Shown here one piece after another: positions 18,570 to 28,071 of a stretch of 63,375 bases of DNA. The notes under the pieces are model-generated. The model was not told the DNA's origin. It did not search any database and was given only the letters and a program-made list of their open reading frames with translations. This DNA comes from an uncultured Pseudomonadales bacterium (GTDB lineage Bacteria > Patescibacteriota > Microgenomatia > UBA1400 > PJMF01). Made by a program: the position numbers and the translations under genes. The DNA lies in NCBI GenBank assembly GCA_964607285.1, contig CAZSJW010000008.1:1-63375 (forward strand), given 5' to 3'. Every line of letters starts with the position of its first letter. Position 1 is the first letter of the stretch.

Positions 18570-19412
18570 TTACTCGTTCTTTTGTATTGAGCCTCTAGTG
18601 TACAAACTATAATCCATAAAGGCAGGAGCAGAGGACACACCTCTAGAGACTTCTACTGTTCGCTGCTCTGTGCCGTCTGGATTACTTGCAGCTGATCGTA
18701 CCAAGTACTGTTGCGGCAAATTTAGTCCTGTAACCCTGAGACTCGTATCATTGTACACCGCTTTAATCCTGACAAACAAGACAGTATTATCTATATCTCC
18801 CACTTGAAAGCTGCTTTCATACGGAGAAGTTCCGCTAGTTGAGGTGTCAAAATTGTCATTTCTATTACATCCGTCTGGTGCAACTGCAAGGTGTCTAACT
18901 TTCGTTTGAGCACCTTCTACAAAGTAAGTAGAAATAATCAACGAGCTATCCAAGCATGAGCCCCGCTTTCCCCAATCCACAGTTATATTACCCAGCGGAG
19001 CATTATTAACAAAAACAGTAGCTGTATCACCTTCCTTTAGATCTCTCTCCAATACCTGGCTTGGAACAATGGTGTAGTTATAGGTTATGTCATTACCCAG
19101 CTGACCTGTACCTGACTGCGGTCCCGTAATTACAGAAAAGTCTTGGCTCAAAGCATCCTCAGCCCCAGACTCAGCAGCGTTAAAGACCCTTGCAGAGTCC
19201 GATTGTTGTTGAGTCAAAAAGATATCTTGAGTGACTCTAGATGCTAATGATAGACCAATGGTAAGTAGCACTACCATGAGTAGGAGGACTATGACGGCTA
19301 CTTGGCCGGATTGAGAAGATGTATATGTTTTTTTTGATAGAGAAAGGTCATCAAGAAGACCTTTCTTCAACGTGCTGAATATGCTGATCAAAGCTCTTAA
19401 ATTAATAATCAT
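18570..19412 (-). CDS. pilus-associated protein with PilX-N-like hydrophobic N-terminus
   Basis: ATG at 19412 chosen; the track uses GTG at 19448. QSGQVAVIVLLLMVVLLTIGLSLAS resembles the PilX_N segment. It lies upstream of, and on the same strand as, pilMNO. Confidence 0.4.
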   Translation of the reverse strand: MIINLRALISIFSTLKKGLLDDLSLSKKTYTSSQSGQVAVIVLLLMVVLLTIGLSLASRVTQDIFLTQQQSDSARVFNAAESGAEDALSQDFSVITGPQSGTGQLGNDITYNYTIVPSQVLERDLKEGDTATVFVNNAPLGNITVDWGKRGSCLDSSLIISTYFVEGAQTKVRHLAVAPDGCNRNDNFDTSTSGTSPYESSFQVGDIDNTVLFVRIKAVYNDTSLRVTGLNLPQQYLVRSAASNPDGTEQRTVEVSRGVSSAPAFMDYSLYTRGSIQKNE

Positions 19413-19562
19413 TTTTCGCCAATTAGTGATTGTGAGCCATCGATCCACTAACTAAAATGCAAGGATGACAATACAATCATATCCAAGAATGAAGATGAAA
19501 GCAAGCAATTAACAACTAAGCAGCTGAATTCTTGAATGAGGGTAAAGCAAACAAAAATTTGT

Positions 19563-20141
19563 TTAGAGGGTGAAGTCTTCCTGAAACTCAGAATTCATCT
19601 GCATATCATTATCGATAAGTCTTCGTAGATAAACTGATCTCGGGATTTTCTTTCTTCGTGAAATCCAATCTAAGTAATTACCAATTTTGGGAGAAATGAA
19701 GAAGTTAAATCTCACATCGGCACTATCACTTGCGTGTTCAAGTGCTAATTCTAGTATTTCTTCAAGTGTATGATTGTTATAACCCAAAACTTGTAGCTTC
19801 TCCAGGTTATACCCTTTTAGACTGTGCGGTGGTAAACCTAACTCTTCATTGTATAGAACAATCACGGGCTTCAACATATTTAGTGCTAAAGCAACTTCAT
19901 AACCAACACTCACGTCTGGTTTTGTCGTTTCAAATATAAGAATGTCTGCCTTCTTGATCCAAGACTGAGCCTTCTTTGCATATAGCTCAGATTCAGCAGG
20001 GGATTCTTTAATGATTTCATCTATCTTACGCTCCAGATAATGCTTTGTGACCAGCTCGTGACCTAATTTTTCAATTGTCGAAACAATCTTTTTGAAATCT
20101 TGTGAATTTCCATCGACCGCTGTCATGAAATGAACTTTCAT
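19563..20141 (-). CDS. DNPH1/Rcl-like (nucleoside 2-deoxyribosyltransferase-fold) domain fused to a C-terminal ribbon-helix-helix domain
   Basis: 192-aa ORF. MKVHF..., LVTKHY and WIKKADILIFETTKPDVSVGYEVALA..KPVIVLY parallel the DNPH1 motifs as I recall them. The C-terminal RFNFFISPKIGNYLDWISRRKKIPRSVYLRRLIDND is RHH-like. Confidence 0.55.
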   Translation of the reverse strand: MKVHFMTAVDGNSQDFKKIVSTIEKLGHELVTKHYLERKIDEIIKESPAESELYAKKAQSWIKKADILIFETTKPDVSVGYEVALALNMLKPVIVLYNEELGLPPHSLKGYNLEKLQVLGYNNHTLEEILELALEHASDSADVRFNFFISPKIGNYLDWISRRKKIPRSVYLRRLIDNDMQMNSEFQEDFTL

Positions 20142-20150
20142 TTTTGCCCC

Positions 20151-21317
20151 TTATCTTAGTTCTTCTATTGTTTGGTAAATTATTTTTTTCATCTTTACCT
20201 TCAACTTTTCTCTTTTATCCAATACGTGCTTTGTTCTCTCATTTGACAAATCTTCACTATACAACTTACTAAGCACATTCGATATGTAATGAAGATATCC
20301 AAACCTCATATTGTTTTCCTTTGCACCTTTCGCAAACTGACCTATTTCAGAATCAACAAAACTGAAATTTCTCATTCTTTCAAGCCACTCAGGAACCTCT
20401 AACATAACAGAGGCAGAGTTAACATGGTTCCCAGTGACAATATTGCACTTTTCAAGGTCAAAAATATTTTCCCACTCAATGCATTCACCATCCAAAAATG
20501 ACGTGTTACCAGAAACTACATCGACATTTGGCGTTAAATCTGCATCGATACCTCCAACTTTAGCTGTGAATATGATTGTTTCGAAGCCTTTAGAAGCAAG
20601 AACATTAACAATTCTTCTTAAAATATCCCCCCAGTAACTAAACTGAACAATTAAGAATGTTACCGATTTTGATCCAATCTTGCGTCTTGCCCAATACAAG
20701 CATTGATTTCCCTCCCATTTGTCAACTTCAGCAATTATTGGTAATCCGTAGCCAATGACTAAAACGTCTGACAAAGGAACATATCCTAGACCAATACTTT
20801 CAACTGCATCCCATGACTCACTATCATTTGGCAATGAATATGTTACATGTTCATAAGCTCGATCATTCATTGCAAGATATGATGCAACAAGAGAAGAGTA
20901 GTGCCTAACATAATCTGATCCAGGGAAACACTTAAGGTATAAAATATTATTTTCTATTTCAACTGTTGGCCTTTGCCAATTTGTTATTTTATCATTTTTC
21001 TCATTCTTCGATATTATGCAGTTTCTATCATAAGCTCCAACCACTCTTATTTCCTTGAAATTACATTCCTTAATTAAATGGTGGATTTTAATTTCAACGT
21101 ATCTTTCAAGTGACTGCCCCATGGTATGCATGGAATAGTTCCTCACAACGAAAGGTGAAAACTTGTGATAGTCATGGAAACGAATATGTAGGCTCTGCAT
21201 AAACAACAGCAACTCATCTATCTTAATTTCATACATCGGTATTATACCAGTATAGGATAGAAAATGGGAGAAAAACTCTCTCTTGAGAGATTCAAAACTT
21301 GGGATTATAATCCTCAC
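20151..21317 (-). CDS. two-domain protein: unknown N-terminal domain plus C-terminal PNP/UDP-phosphorylase (AMP-nucleosidase/MTAN)-fold domain
   Basis: 388-aa ORF. VTFLIVQFSYWGD..ASKGFETIIFTAKVGGID..VDVVSGNTSF..GNHVNSASVM..FVDSEIGQFA..FGYLHYISN follows the PNP_UDP_1 strand/loop order. The usual ME and SD motifs read SE and SN here. Confidence 0.5.
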   Translation of the reverse strand: MRIIIPSFESLKREFFSHFLSYTGIIPMYEIKIDELLLFMQSLHIRFHDYHKFSPFVVRNYSMHTMGQSLERYVEIKIHHLIKECNFKEIRVVGAYDRNCIISKNEKNDKITNWQRPTVEIENNILYLKCFPGSDYVRHYSSLVASYLAMNDRAYEHVTYSLPNDSESWDAVESIGLGYVPLSDVLVIGYGLPIIAEVDKWEGNQCLYWARRKIGSKSVTFLIVQFSYWGDILRRIVNVLASKGFETIIFTAKVGGIDADLTPNVDVVSGNTSFLDGECIEWENIFDLEKCNIVTGNHVNSASVMLEVPEWLERMRNFSFVDSEIGQFAKGAKENNMRFGYLHYISNVLSKLYSEDLSNERTKHVLDKREKLKVKMKKIIYQTIEELR

Positions 21318-21331
21318 AATTTATTTATACT

Positions 21332-21886
21332 ATGAATATTTACTTTACTGCTTCAGCTCGCAGCAAAATAAATTACTCACCAAATTTGACCCAAGTCTTC
21401 AGAAGCATTGAAAGATTAGGACATACAAATCTTGATGATTTCGTAATTAAGGTTGATGACAAGAAATTATATGACGGAAAATCATTCAAAATTGAAACAA
21501 TTTATAAAAACGCTATTAGACTTGTAACTTTGTCAGACATTATCATTCTAGAGGTATCTGAACCTAGTATATCAATGGGTTATGTGCTCAACACAGCATT
21601 AGAACTGGGTAAACCTGTAATTTTGCTTCATGTAAAAAATAAATACCCAATTTTCGTCTCTGGGATCACTAATCAAAATCTCCAAGTTATTGAATATTCT
21701 CTTAGTAACTTGCATATTCAACTTTCAACTGCTCTTTCTTGTGCCACGACAACAAAATTCACTCGATTTAATTTTTTTCTTTCCCCACTACATGATAATC
21801 ACTTGACTAAAATGGCTAGAATTCACCATGTACCTAAATCTGTATATTTGCGTGAACTTATAGAGAATGATATTAGCCATTGCTAA
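21332..21886 (+). CDS. DNPH1/Rcl-like domain fused to RHH domain (paralog of 19563-20141; predicted catalytic Glu replaced)
   Basis: 184-aa ORF. It has MNIYFTASA... and LSDIIILEVSEPSISMGYVLNTA..KPVILLH, so GYVL replaces GYEx. The C-terminal RFNFFLSPLHDNHLTKMARIHHVPKSVYLRELIEND is RHH-like. Its start is divergent from, and only 14 nt away from, the start of 20151-21317. Confidence 0.55.
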   Translation: MNIYFTASARSKINYSPNLTQVFRSIERLGHTNLDDFVIKVDDKKLYDGKSFKIETIYKNAIRLVTLSDIIILEVSEPSISMGYVLNTALELGKPVILLHVKNKYPIFVSGITNQNLQVIEYSLSNLHIQLSTALSCATTTKFTRFNFFLSPLHDNHLTKMARIHHVPKSVYLRELIENDISHC

Positions 21887-21989
21887 ACTTGCAGCTCAAC
21901 ATTCCTCTACATACTAGATACACATTGTATTATTATAAGACATAGATTATACTATTTCTAATTGTTTTTAAGAGTAATTTGTGCCTAAA

Positions 21990-23924
21990 ATGAAACCTGA
22001 AACACTACATATGTCTGGTAGTACACATTATAATTCTGAGTTTTTTAATCAAGGTGCCGTACTTCATGGCCGAAGGCGTGCTTTTCATGACCAAGCAAAA
22101 CTGAATGCAAGAATAAATCCTGAAGCTATGTTTTCAGTTTCTCAAGATTACGAAGGACAAGTTGTCACTATCGCTGACAGTTTAACTATCTTTGGTGACA
22201 TTAGTCCCGCTGTAGCTTGCCGCGTTTTACCTGGTTTGCAAACTGATTTAGTAGAAGCATATCGCAAAGCTCCACTGACCGAAAAACAGAGAAAAGAAAT
22301 TCCTAAAGCTGCTGTGGACATGGCAATTAAGTATGGAAAAAGAAGAGAGTTTTCTCCCTTGTTGATGCAGATCTTTGTGTTACTTATTATTGTCCAATTT
22401 ACAATTACCGCTTGCAGCGGTAGACCCACCCAAGTTAATGAGCCAGATTCAGAAAACTACGTTACAGAAGTAGCAGAAACACCTGAACCAACAAGTGAGT
22501 TGGTAGAACCACAGCCCAAAGTAACTACAGCAGTACAACCTCAATCCACTTCAACAGTACCTCTGATCGCCACAGCAGTCCCCAGCCCTGAAGCAACGCC
22601 CATTCCAATGGCAAATGGTGAAAGTTTGGCACTGGGTAGACCTGGATACGAGTTCGCGAAAGCCTTGGAGGCAGATGGAGTTATCAACGGCTTTGATTCT
22701 CTACAAGAACCAATTTACTCTGATCCTGTATCTAAGGTTTTTCTTGGCTTTAGAATTAATCCCGCTAAATATGAACCGCAGCTAGGTGGCAATGGTGGTA
22801 TGTTTCTGCTGCCAATGACTCGCCCAGTTACTGAGATGCAAGGTTTGACTGCTGAAGACTGGAAAGAGTGGTTTGCAGATACCAACACTAAATATGCAAT
22901 TCTAGGTAACCCTGACGGTTTACCTGAAGGAGAACCAACCATTCAACACGATGAGGTAAGAGTCTTTATAAACGAAGAAGGCTACATACGCGTTCAAGCA
23001 GTAGTCAATAACGAAGACGGAAGCACCACAATTGTAGGTGAGGTTCCCGTCACCGAGGAAGATGGTGTAGCCACTGGTAACTGGACACAGGTAGAGACAA
23101 ATTCAGAACACCCTTGGGCTATTACAAACCCAGAAACTGAATCTCCGCTTGATGCTTTGACTGAGGCTCCTGAAACTGCGATCCCAATTATCACGGCCCG
23201 AAATGTCGAAGGAGTACCACGAGAAACTATTCCACTACCCGTTGTAGAACAAATGACTGACATAGTAGCATTTTTGGAAACTTCTTATGGAACAGGTGCT
23301 ACTGGGCCAAATCCAAATTCTGATACTCAATATATCGATTATTCAAGGCTGCAGCTTTCTGGTCAGCAATTTAGGCAGCTACTGCTTCAAAATGGTTTTG
23401 ATGCAGAGTTATCTTCAGAAAACTATGAGAATAGCAGAGCACCCTTTGTAGATGTTGGTTTTATAGCAATCGGGTGGAGGAAAGTAGTGAATTTAAATGG
23501 AGACGAAAATACTATGGTTCTTTTAAGCACATGGGGTGTAGGACCAAATGGCGAACCACAGCTATTCCTAGTTGAAAAAATTATGAAACCTACCACTGTC
23601 ACTAAAGAGTGGGTTGGAGACTTGGGGAACTCAATAGTTGGGGGTATTACATTAAGTGATGCAAAAAGTGCATTGTTCGGAGAGAACTCAGATGGTTTAG
23701 TTTTTTATGGAATACCCACCAATAGCACAGGACAAGCTGGTGACCTAGTAAGAACAGAACTAACTTTTGCGCTCATGCCACTAAGTCAAGAATCCTCAGC
23801 AGATGAACGACCTTTTGACTTAAAAAGCCAAGAAAACATCTTAAATGAAATCCTTACAGGTGTTGCTCCTGTCAATGCTTTTGCAATAGAGTATTGGTCT
23901 ATACCAAAATATTCTGCCAACTGA
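21990..23924 (+). CDS. hypothetical membrane/lipoprotein-like protein
   Basis: ATG at 21990; the track uses GTG at 21981. An internal hydrophobic segment with a lipobox-like ITAC (LLMQIFVLLIIVQFTITACSG) lies ~125 aa in, so an alternative start at 22320 would make a classical lipoprotein. The rest is Thr/Pro/Glu-rich and then globular, with no recognisable motif. Confidence 0.4.
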   Translation: MKPETLHMSGSTHYNSEFFNQGAVLHGRRRAFHDQAKLNARINPEAMFSVSQDYEGQVVTIADSLTIFGDISPAVACRVLPGLQTDLVEAYRKAPLTEKQRKEIPKAAVDMAIKYGKRREFSPLLMQIFVLLIIVQFTITACSGRPTQVNEPDSENYVTEVAETPEPTSELVEPQPKVTTAVQPQSTSTVPLIATAVPSPEATPIPMANGESLALGRPGYEFAKALEADGVINGFDSLQEPIYSDPVSKVFLGFRINPAKYEPQLGGNGGMFLLPMTRPVTEMQGLTAEDWKEWFADTNTKYAILGNPDGLPEGEPTIQHDEVRVFINEEGYIRVQAVVNNEDGSTTIVGEVPVTEEDGVATGNWTQVETNSEHPWAITNPETESPLDALTEAPETAIPIITARNVEGVPRETIPLPVVEQMTDIVAFLETSYGTGATGPNPNSDTQYIDYSRLQLSGQQFRQLLLQNGFDAELSSENYENSRAPFVDVGFIAIGWRKVVNLNGDENTMVLLSTWGVGPNGEPQLFLVEKIMKPTTVTKEWVGDLGNSIVGGITLSDAKSALFGENSDGLVFYGIPTNSTGQAGDLVRTELTFALMPLSQESSADERPFDLKSQENILNEILTGVAPVNAFAIEYWSIPKYSAN

Positions 23925-23982
23925 GTTCATCTCAAATAGGATAGGAATTGCGTGTTAGTGTGAGTTGAGTTACACTGAATGC

Positions 23983-24552
23983 ATGTCACCCAATCGCCTG
24001 ATTGCATACGTGTTTGTTCTTACCCTGCTTGGCATCGGGTTTTATCTAATTTTTCAATCTCGAAAAAAGCAATTCTCAGAGTACCAAAGCCCATCTCCAG
24101 AGTTATTTGCAGAACGAACCTATACAAAACCAGTTGTACTGAGTGATAAAAAGTTGATCGCAGTTGAGGGAATTCTAGAGAAAGTTGAGAAAAGAACTAC
24201 TACTTTTACCACAAACCCTGAACAATATTTTTTATTACTCAGATCTGTCTCAGATCAGAACAAGACAATTGAGGTAGGACTCGGAGGAGAACAGCGAACC
24301 CTGGTATTGCAAGCACTCGGAAAAGAAACAGAGTCCAATGCCATCCTGCAACAAACACTAACCGTCACAGAAATACTCCCAAGACTTACAGTTGGTAAAA
24401 AAGTAACAGTGGAAGTTGACTTTACTACTCAGCCTGAAGCTGTCATCAATGAGTTCACCTCCAAGCTTAAAGCATTCGAGTCTGGTGAAGCATCTGAACT
24501 TAAAATCTTCTTTTTACTGCTTAGCAAGCTCTCACTTGAGACAACAATATGA
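23983..24552 (+). CDS. hypothetical membrane-anchored protein
   Basis: ATG at 23983 (MSPNRLIAYVFVLTLLGIGFYLIF) gives one TM helix. The stop overlaps the start of the giant downstream gene (ATATGA). Confidence 0.35.
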   Translation: MSPNRLIAYVFVLTLLGIGFYLIFQSRKKQFSEYQSPSPELFAERTYTKPVVLSDKKLIAVEGILEKVEKRTTTFTTNPEQYFLLLRSVSDQNKTIEVGLGGEQRTLVLQALGKETESNAILQQTLTVTEILPRLTVGKKVTVEVDFTTQPEAVINEFTSKLKAFESGEASELKIFFLLLSKLSLETTI

Positions 24553-27500
24553 GATCACTAATTGATTTTCTGAATATATCTGTTCTAAAGCAAGTCAGTA
24601 AAGCTTTGTTGATTATTGTTTGCTCTATTGCTGCAAGCGGTTTATTCATGAAACAAATCTCTGCCGCCCAATGCACAGAACCAGGCTGCTGTGGTTATAA
24701 CCTGAGAGTCTACCAATGGAGCTGTCAGCAAAGCACCACCCACTGTCAAAATTGGCAGGAGCCGGGGTGGCTGTGTCCAAATGGGGGACCATTATTTCCA
24801 GAGGATGAGGAATCTGAATGCAATGCCAACTGCCAAAATAGTACCTGCATCGAAGGCTGCGCAGGCGGCTGGGCAAATCAATGTGTCATTAGCCACTACG
24901 ACCAAGCCTGTACCGAAGACACAGCCGCAAACAGCTGTACAGCAGAGGTGAACCTCCAAACCTGCACCTCCCAAAACGGCGGCACCAGCTGCTCAGTGGC
25001 CACAACAGGTTCAGAAACCCGAGGGTGCTGGGTCACTAGCCCCCCAGATGCCACTCCAGACCCAAGTGCCCCCCCTCCAACAGGTGGTGGCACAACTTGT
25101 TGGCGCTGCTCAAACAACCAATGTGTAGAAAACACCACAAACGAACCCTGTGGCTGTGGTGCCTGTACCACTCTCACAGCTAGAAAAGCAATAATACTTT
25201 TTGAAGACACAAATGAAAATACAATCTGGGAACCAGACATAGGGGAGAAGCGTATTGTCTCAAACACCAATTGTCTTACGGGAAACACACAATATGTGCC
25301 AGGAGCAGAAATTAGAGTAGACGGCGAGGTGCTCCCACAAAATAACTGCGATATTATGGAAACTGAATATCCTGATGCATGTACAGACACCTATTCATGC
25401 ACATGGAATAGTGGGAGTTACTGGACTCCAAATGCCATTACAACCGTACTAAATCTTGAAGGTACTTGTTTTGATCAACAAAGTTGCAGCTGCGGTGGAG
25501 GATGTAACTGGCATTGGTATTGTCAATCTGAAAGTGCGGAGGGTGTTGTTTGTAGGCAAGATTCAAGATACTGTGAAAACTATGGTACATTCTCTCTCAG
25601 AAGTGGGCCAGTAAAAATTGCTTTAAAAGAAACAGGTCAACACAACGTCGTGCCGCAACTACCAGCAGGCTGGAGGCGTGCCGCTGGCAGTCCCACATAT
25701 GCCAACTGGACAACCACTAATGGCTCATGCGATGGCTTACTGCAAATTGGCATTGTCCCAGACAGAGAAAAGTGGTGTCGGATCGACCCACCCACTGCTG
25801 AAATGGCAAACACAGGTTCTGGTAACTCTACATCCTTCCGAGTAACTGGCTACTCAACACAGGCTGCTGAAAATGTTGGTGTGATTATTACCACAAAAAG
25901 TAGTACGGGAAATGCGCCTACCAGCCAAGCACTACCTTCCACTCCCCCAGGAATGGTTCACAACTCATACTTGGGCACCGATGGTATAACTCGTCACTAC
26001 TATCGCTTCAATAGTTCTGGATGTGTGACTGGAAGTGGAAATACCTGTCAATCGCATGTGGTGGCATCAGGACTACCTGTCGGACAATACTATGTCTTTT
26101 GTTCCCTAGATTCTCAGAACCCAATACGGTGCAGTGGCAACCCAAACTGTACCTATGAGGATCTGAATGGTCAAGTTAATTGTAATGCTAGTGGGTACCT
26201 CAGCTGTAGTGCCACAGGCGTATACAACGGCATCAACTACACCTATGACGACAATGCTGTACTAGATGTAGTCTGCGCACCATCCTGCACCCCAGCGTGT
26301 GGTCAACCCAATGGCTGCAATACAGGTGTAAACTGTGGTACCTCAAACACTGGTGCGCCACCCATTCCAGTACCAATGGCTAGCCAAAACATAACGGTAA
26401 ACATCAGTCAAGTAAAACACTTCGCCACCATTACCTGGACTGCAGGCACCTCAACCCCAACAAGTGGACCAACTTCCCAGTATGACTTAGTCATCGCACA
26501 ACAGGGTGGAGCGGTACAAACCCAAGCGCAAGCTGCCTTAGCCTTTGATTACTGTTTCAACACTGCCTGTCCAGCAGATGGTGCCACTACCTGTGACACA
26601 ACCTACAACGGCACCCCAATACGGTGCATGATTAATACAGCTACAGCTAACCCTAGCTTAAGTTACCAACCGCAAGCAACAATAGGAAATCGTATTCGCT
26701 TCTTTGCCCGTGCTACCAATCTTTCCTGCACAGCATTTACAGGAAGCTACATGAGCGCATTTAGCCTGGGTCGCGACTACACACTCGTTCAAAGTGTCAG
26801 TGGAAACTTCTACTCAGATGCAAATGCATCAGGCACACCGTTCTGTTCTGGAGTTGCAACTCCCACAACGCCACCTGGTGCAAACTCTGAGCTTGTTATT
26901 ACGCCACCAGTCTTAGGTTTCGGCACTGAGCTACAAGTCTCTGGGGACACCAACTACAGCATCAGCAACGTGCCATACAGCCCATCAAACTGGGTAGGCA
27001 ATAAATCCAGCCTTGAACTTGTCTTAGACAATGACCCAAGCATACCTCAAGCACAAGTTGTATGTTCGTGTCCAACAGACGGATCAAATGGTTGCACGTA
27101 TGTCGATTCTGTAAACTCACCACAGTCAAATCTGCACTTTTATCTGACTACTGTTGATCTTTCTACTGGACCTTGGTGGCAAACAGTCAACGGACTGCTG
27201 TATGCAGCACTTGGGGACATCATTTCAGTTATCCCTGAGGAATGTAAAGATGGCACCAGTATTGGAGCATGTGTACCGTATTTGATTACTCAAGATCCAA
27301 CCATAGTAAATGATTCCTTGCTTGAGCTCAGTGCGGGCATCCCAATGTCAGGTTCTGGAGATGTGGCGGGAGCTAGTAAAACAGTGTGGCTCACCCAGCG
27401 AAACCCACAAGCAAGAACTTCTGAAGCCACTGAACACACACAGCTTCCCAAAGAAGACTTTGCGTACTTCCAAAGCAAGGTTGATTATGCAAACTTGCAA

Positions 27501-28070
27501 ACACTGCCATCACTCATCGGACTCATTCAAGAACCTCCTGCAATCAAAACCTTCTACAAACATGCTGGTAATCTCCGTATCCAGCCTGGAGCTACACCAT
27601 GGCGTATAGCAGCAGGAGAGACTCTAGTCATCTTTGTCGAAGGTTCGCTCACCTTTGTGGGAGAGTTTTCAACTTCAGATATACTGACCCATGTAGAGCA
27701 GGGCGGTTTTCTAGCATTTATAGTTGATGATTCAATAATTTTTGACTCAAACGTTGGCAATGTTGACTCGTTCAATGCTAGCCCAACCATAGAGGGAGTG
27801 TACATCGCAGACAAAACGATCACTGTTGAAGCAGCCGCTGCAAGCAATGTCAGAGACAAGCACTTTGTGGGAGCAGGCACCTTCGTGGCATGGGTAGAGG
27901 ATGGGGTAGGGAACGGCTTTGTGTTCAATAGAAATTACGCAGATAGCAGTATTGGTGCACTAGAAAACAAGAGCTACCCAACGGAAACATTCATTTTCCG
28001 TCCTGACCTCACTAGTAACATGCCTGATGAACTAAAATCGACCAGTGTGTTCTGGCAAGAAGTGAATTAG
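24549..28070 (+). CDS. giant Cys-rich secreted protein, candidate pilus-associated adhesin
   Basis: 1173-aa uninterrupted ORF with a signal/anchor N-terminus (ALLIIVCSIAASGLF). There are dozens of Cys in CxxC-rich and T/N/G/S-rich context. The C-terminal ~300 aa is beta-rich (GETLVIFVEGSLTFVGEF..GGFLAFIVDDSIIF). Its stop lies 1 nt before a prepilin-like gene. Confidence 0.6.
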   Translation: MRSLIDFLNISVLKQVSKALLIIVCSIAASGLFMKQISAAQCTEPGCCGYNLRVYQWSCQQSTTHCQNWQEPGWLCPNGGPLFPEDEESECNANCQNSTCIEGCAGGWANQCVISHYDQACTEDTAANSCTAEVNLQTCTSQNGGTSCSVATTGSETRGCWVTSPPDATPDPSAPPPTGGGTTCWRCSNNQCVENTTNEPCGCGACTTLTARKAIILFEDTNENTIWEPDIGEKRIVSNTNCLTGNTQYVPGAEIRVDGEVLPQNNCDIMETEYPDACTDTYSCTWNSGSYWTPNAITTVLNLEGTCFDQQSCSCGGGCNWHWYCQSESAEGVVCRQDSRYCENYGTFSLRSGPVKIALKETGQHNVVPQLPAGWRRAAGSPTYANWTTTNGSCDGLLQIGIVPDREKWCRIDPPTAEMANTGSGNSTSFRVTGYSTQAAENVGVIITTKSSTGNAPTSQALPSTPPGMVHNSYLGTDGITRHYYRFNSSGCVTGSGNTCQSHVVASGLPVGQYYVFCSLDSQNPIRCSGNPNCTYEDLNGQVNCNASGYLSCSATGVYNGINYTYDDNAVLDVVCAPSCTPACGQPNGCNTGVNCGTSNTGAPPIPVPMASQNITVNISQVKHFATITWTAGTSTPTSGPTSQYDLVIAQQGGAVQTQAQAALAFDYCFNTACPADGATTCDTTYNGTPIRCMINTATANPSLSYQPQATIGNRIRFFARATNLSCTAFTGSYMSAFSLGRDYTLVQSVSGNFYSDANASGTPFCSGVATPTTPPGANSELVITPPVLGFGTELQVSGDTNYSISNVPYSPSNWVGNKSSLELVLDNDPSIPQAQVVCSCPTDGSNGCTYVDSVNSPQSNLHFYLTTVDLSTGPWWQTVNGLLYAALGDIISVIPEECKDGTSIGACVPYLITQDPTIVNDSLLELSAGIPMSGSGDVAGASKTVWLTQRNPQARTSEATEHTQLPKEDFAYFQSKVDYANLQTLPSLIGLIQEPPAIKTFYKHAGNLRIQPGATPWRIAAGETLVIFVEGSLTFVGEFSTSDILTHVEQGGFLAFIVDDSIIFDSNVGNVDSFNASPTIEGVYIADKTITVEAAAASNVRDKHFVGAGTFVAWVEDGVGNGFVFNRNYADSSIGALENKSYPTETFIFRPDLTSNMPDELKSTSVFWQEVN

Positions 28071-28071
28071 T

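Noticed and set aside
24646-25390. Several ORFs of 60-164 aa antisense to, or out of frame with, the giant Cys-rich gene. Similar nested ORFs occur inside pilB (35557-36039), gyrA (46571-47005, 48720-49181), tgt/LytR_C (57084-57797) and others.
   Set aside because: They lie wholly inside long, motif-supported genes on the other strand or frame. They have low-complexity or Arg/Ser/Cys-skewed composition. They are most abundant in the GC-richer stretches, where spurious open frames are expected.
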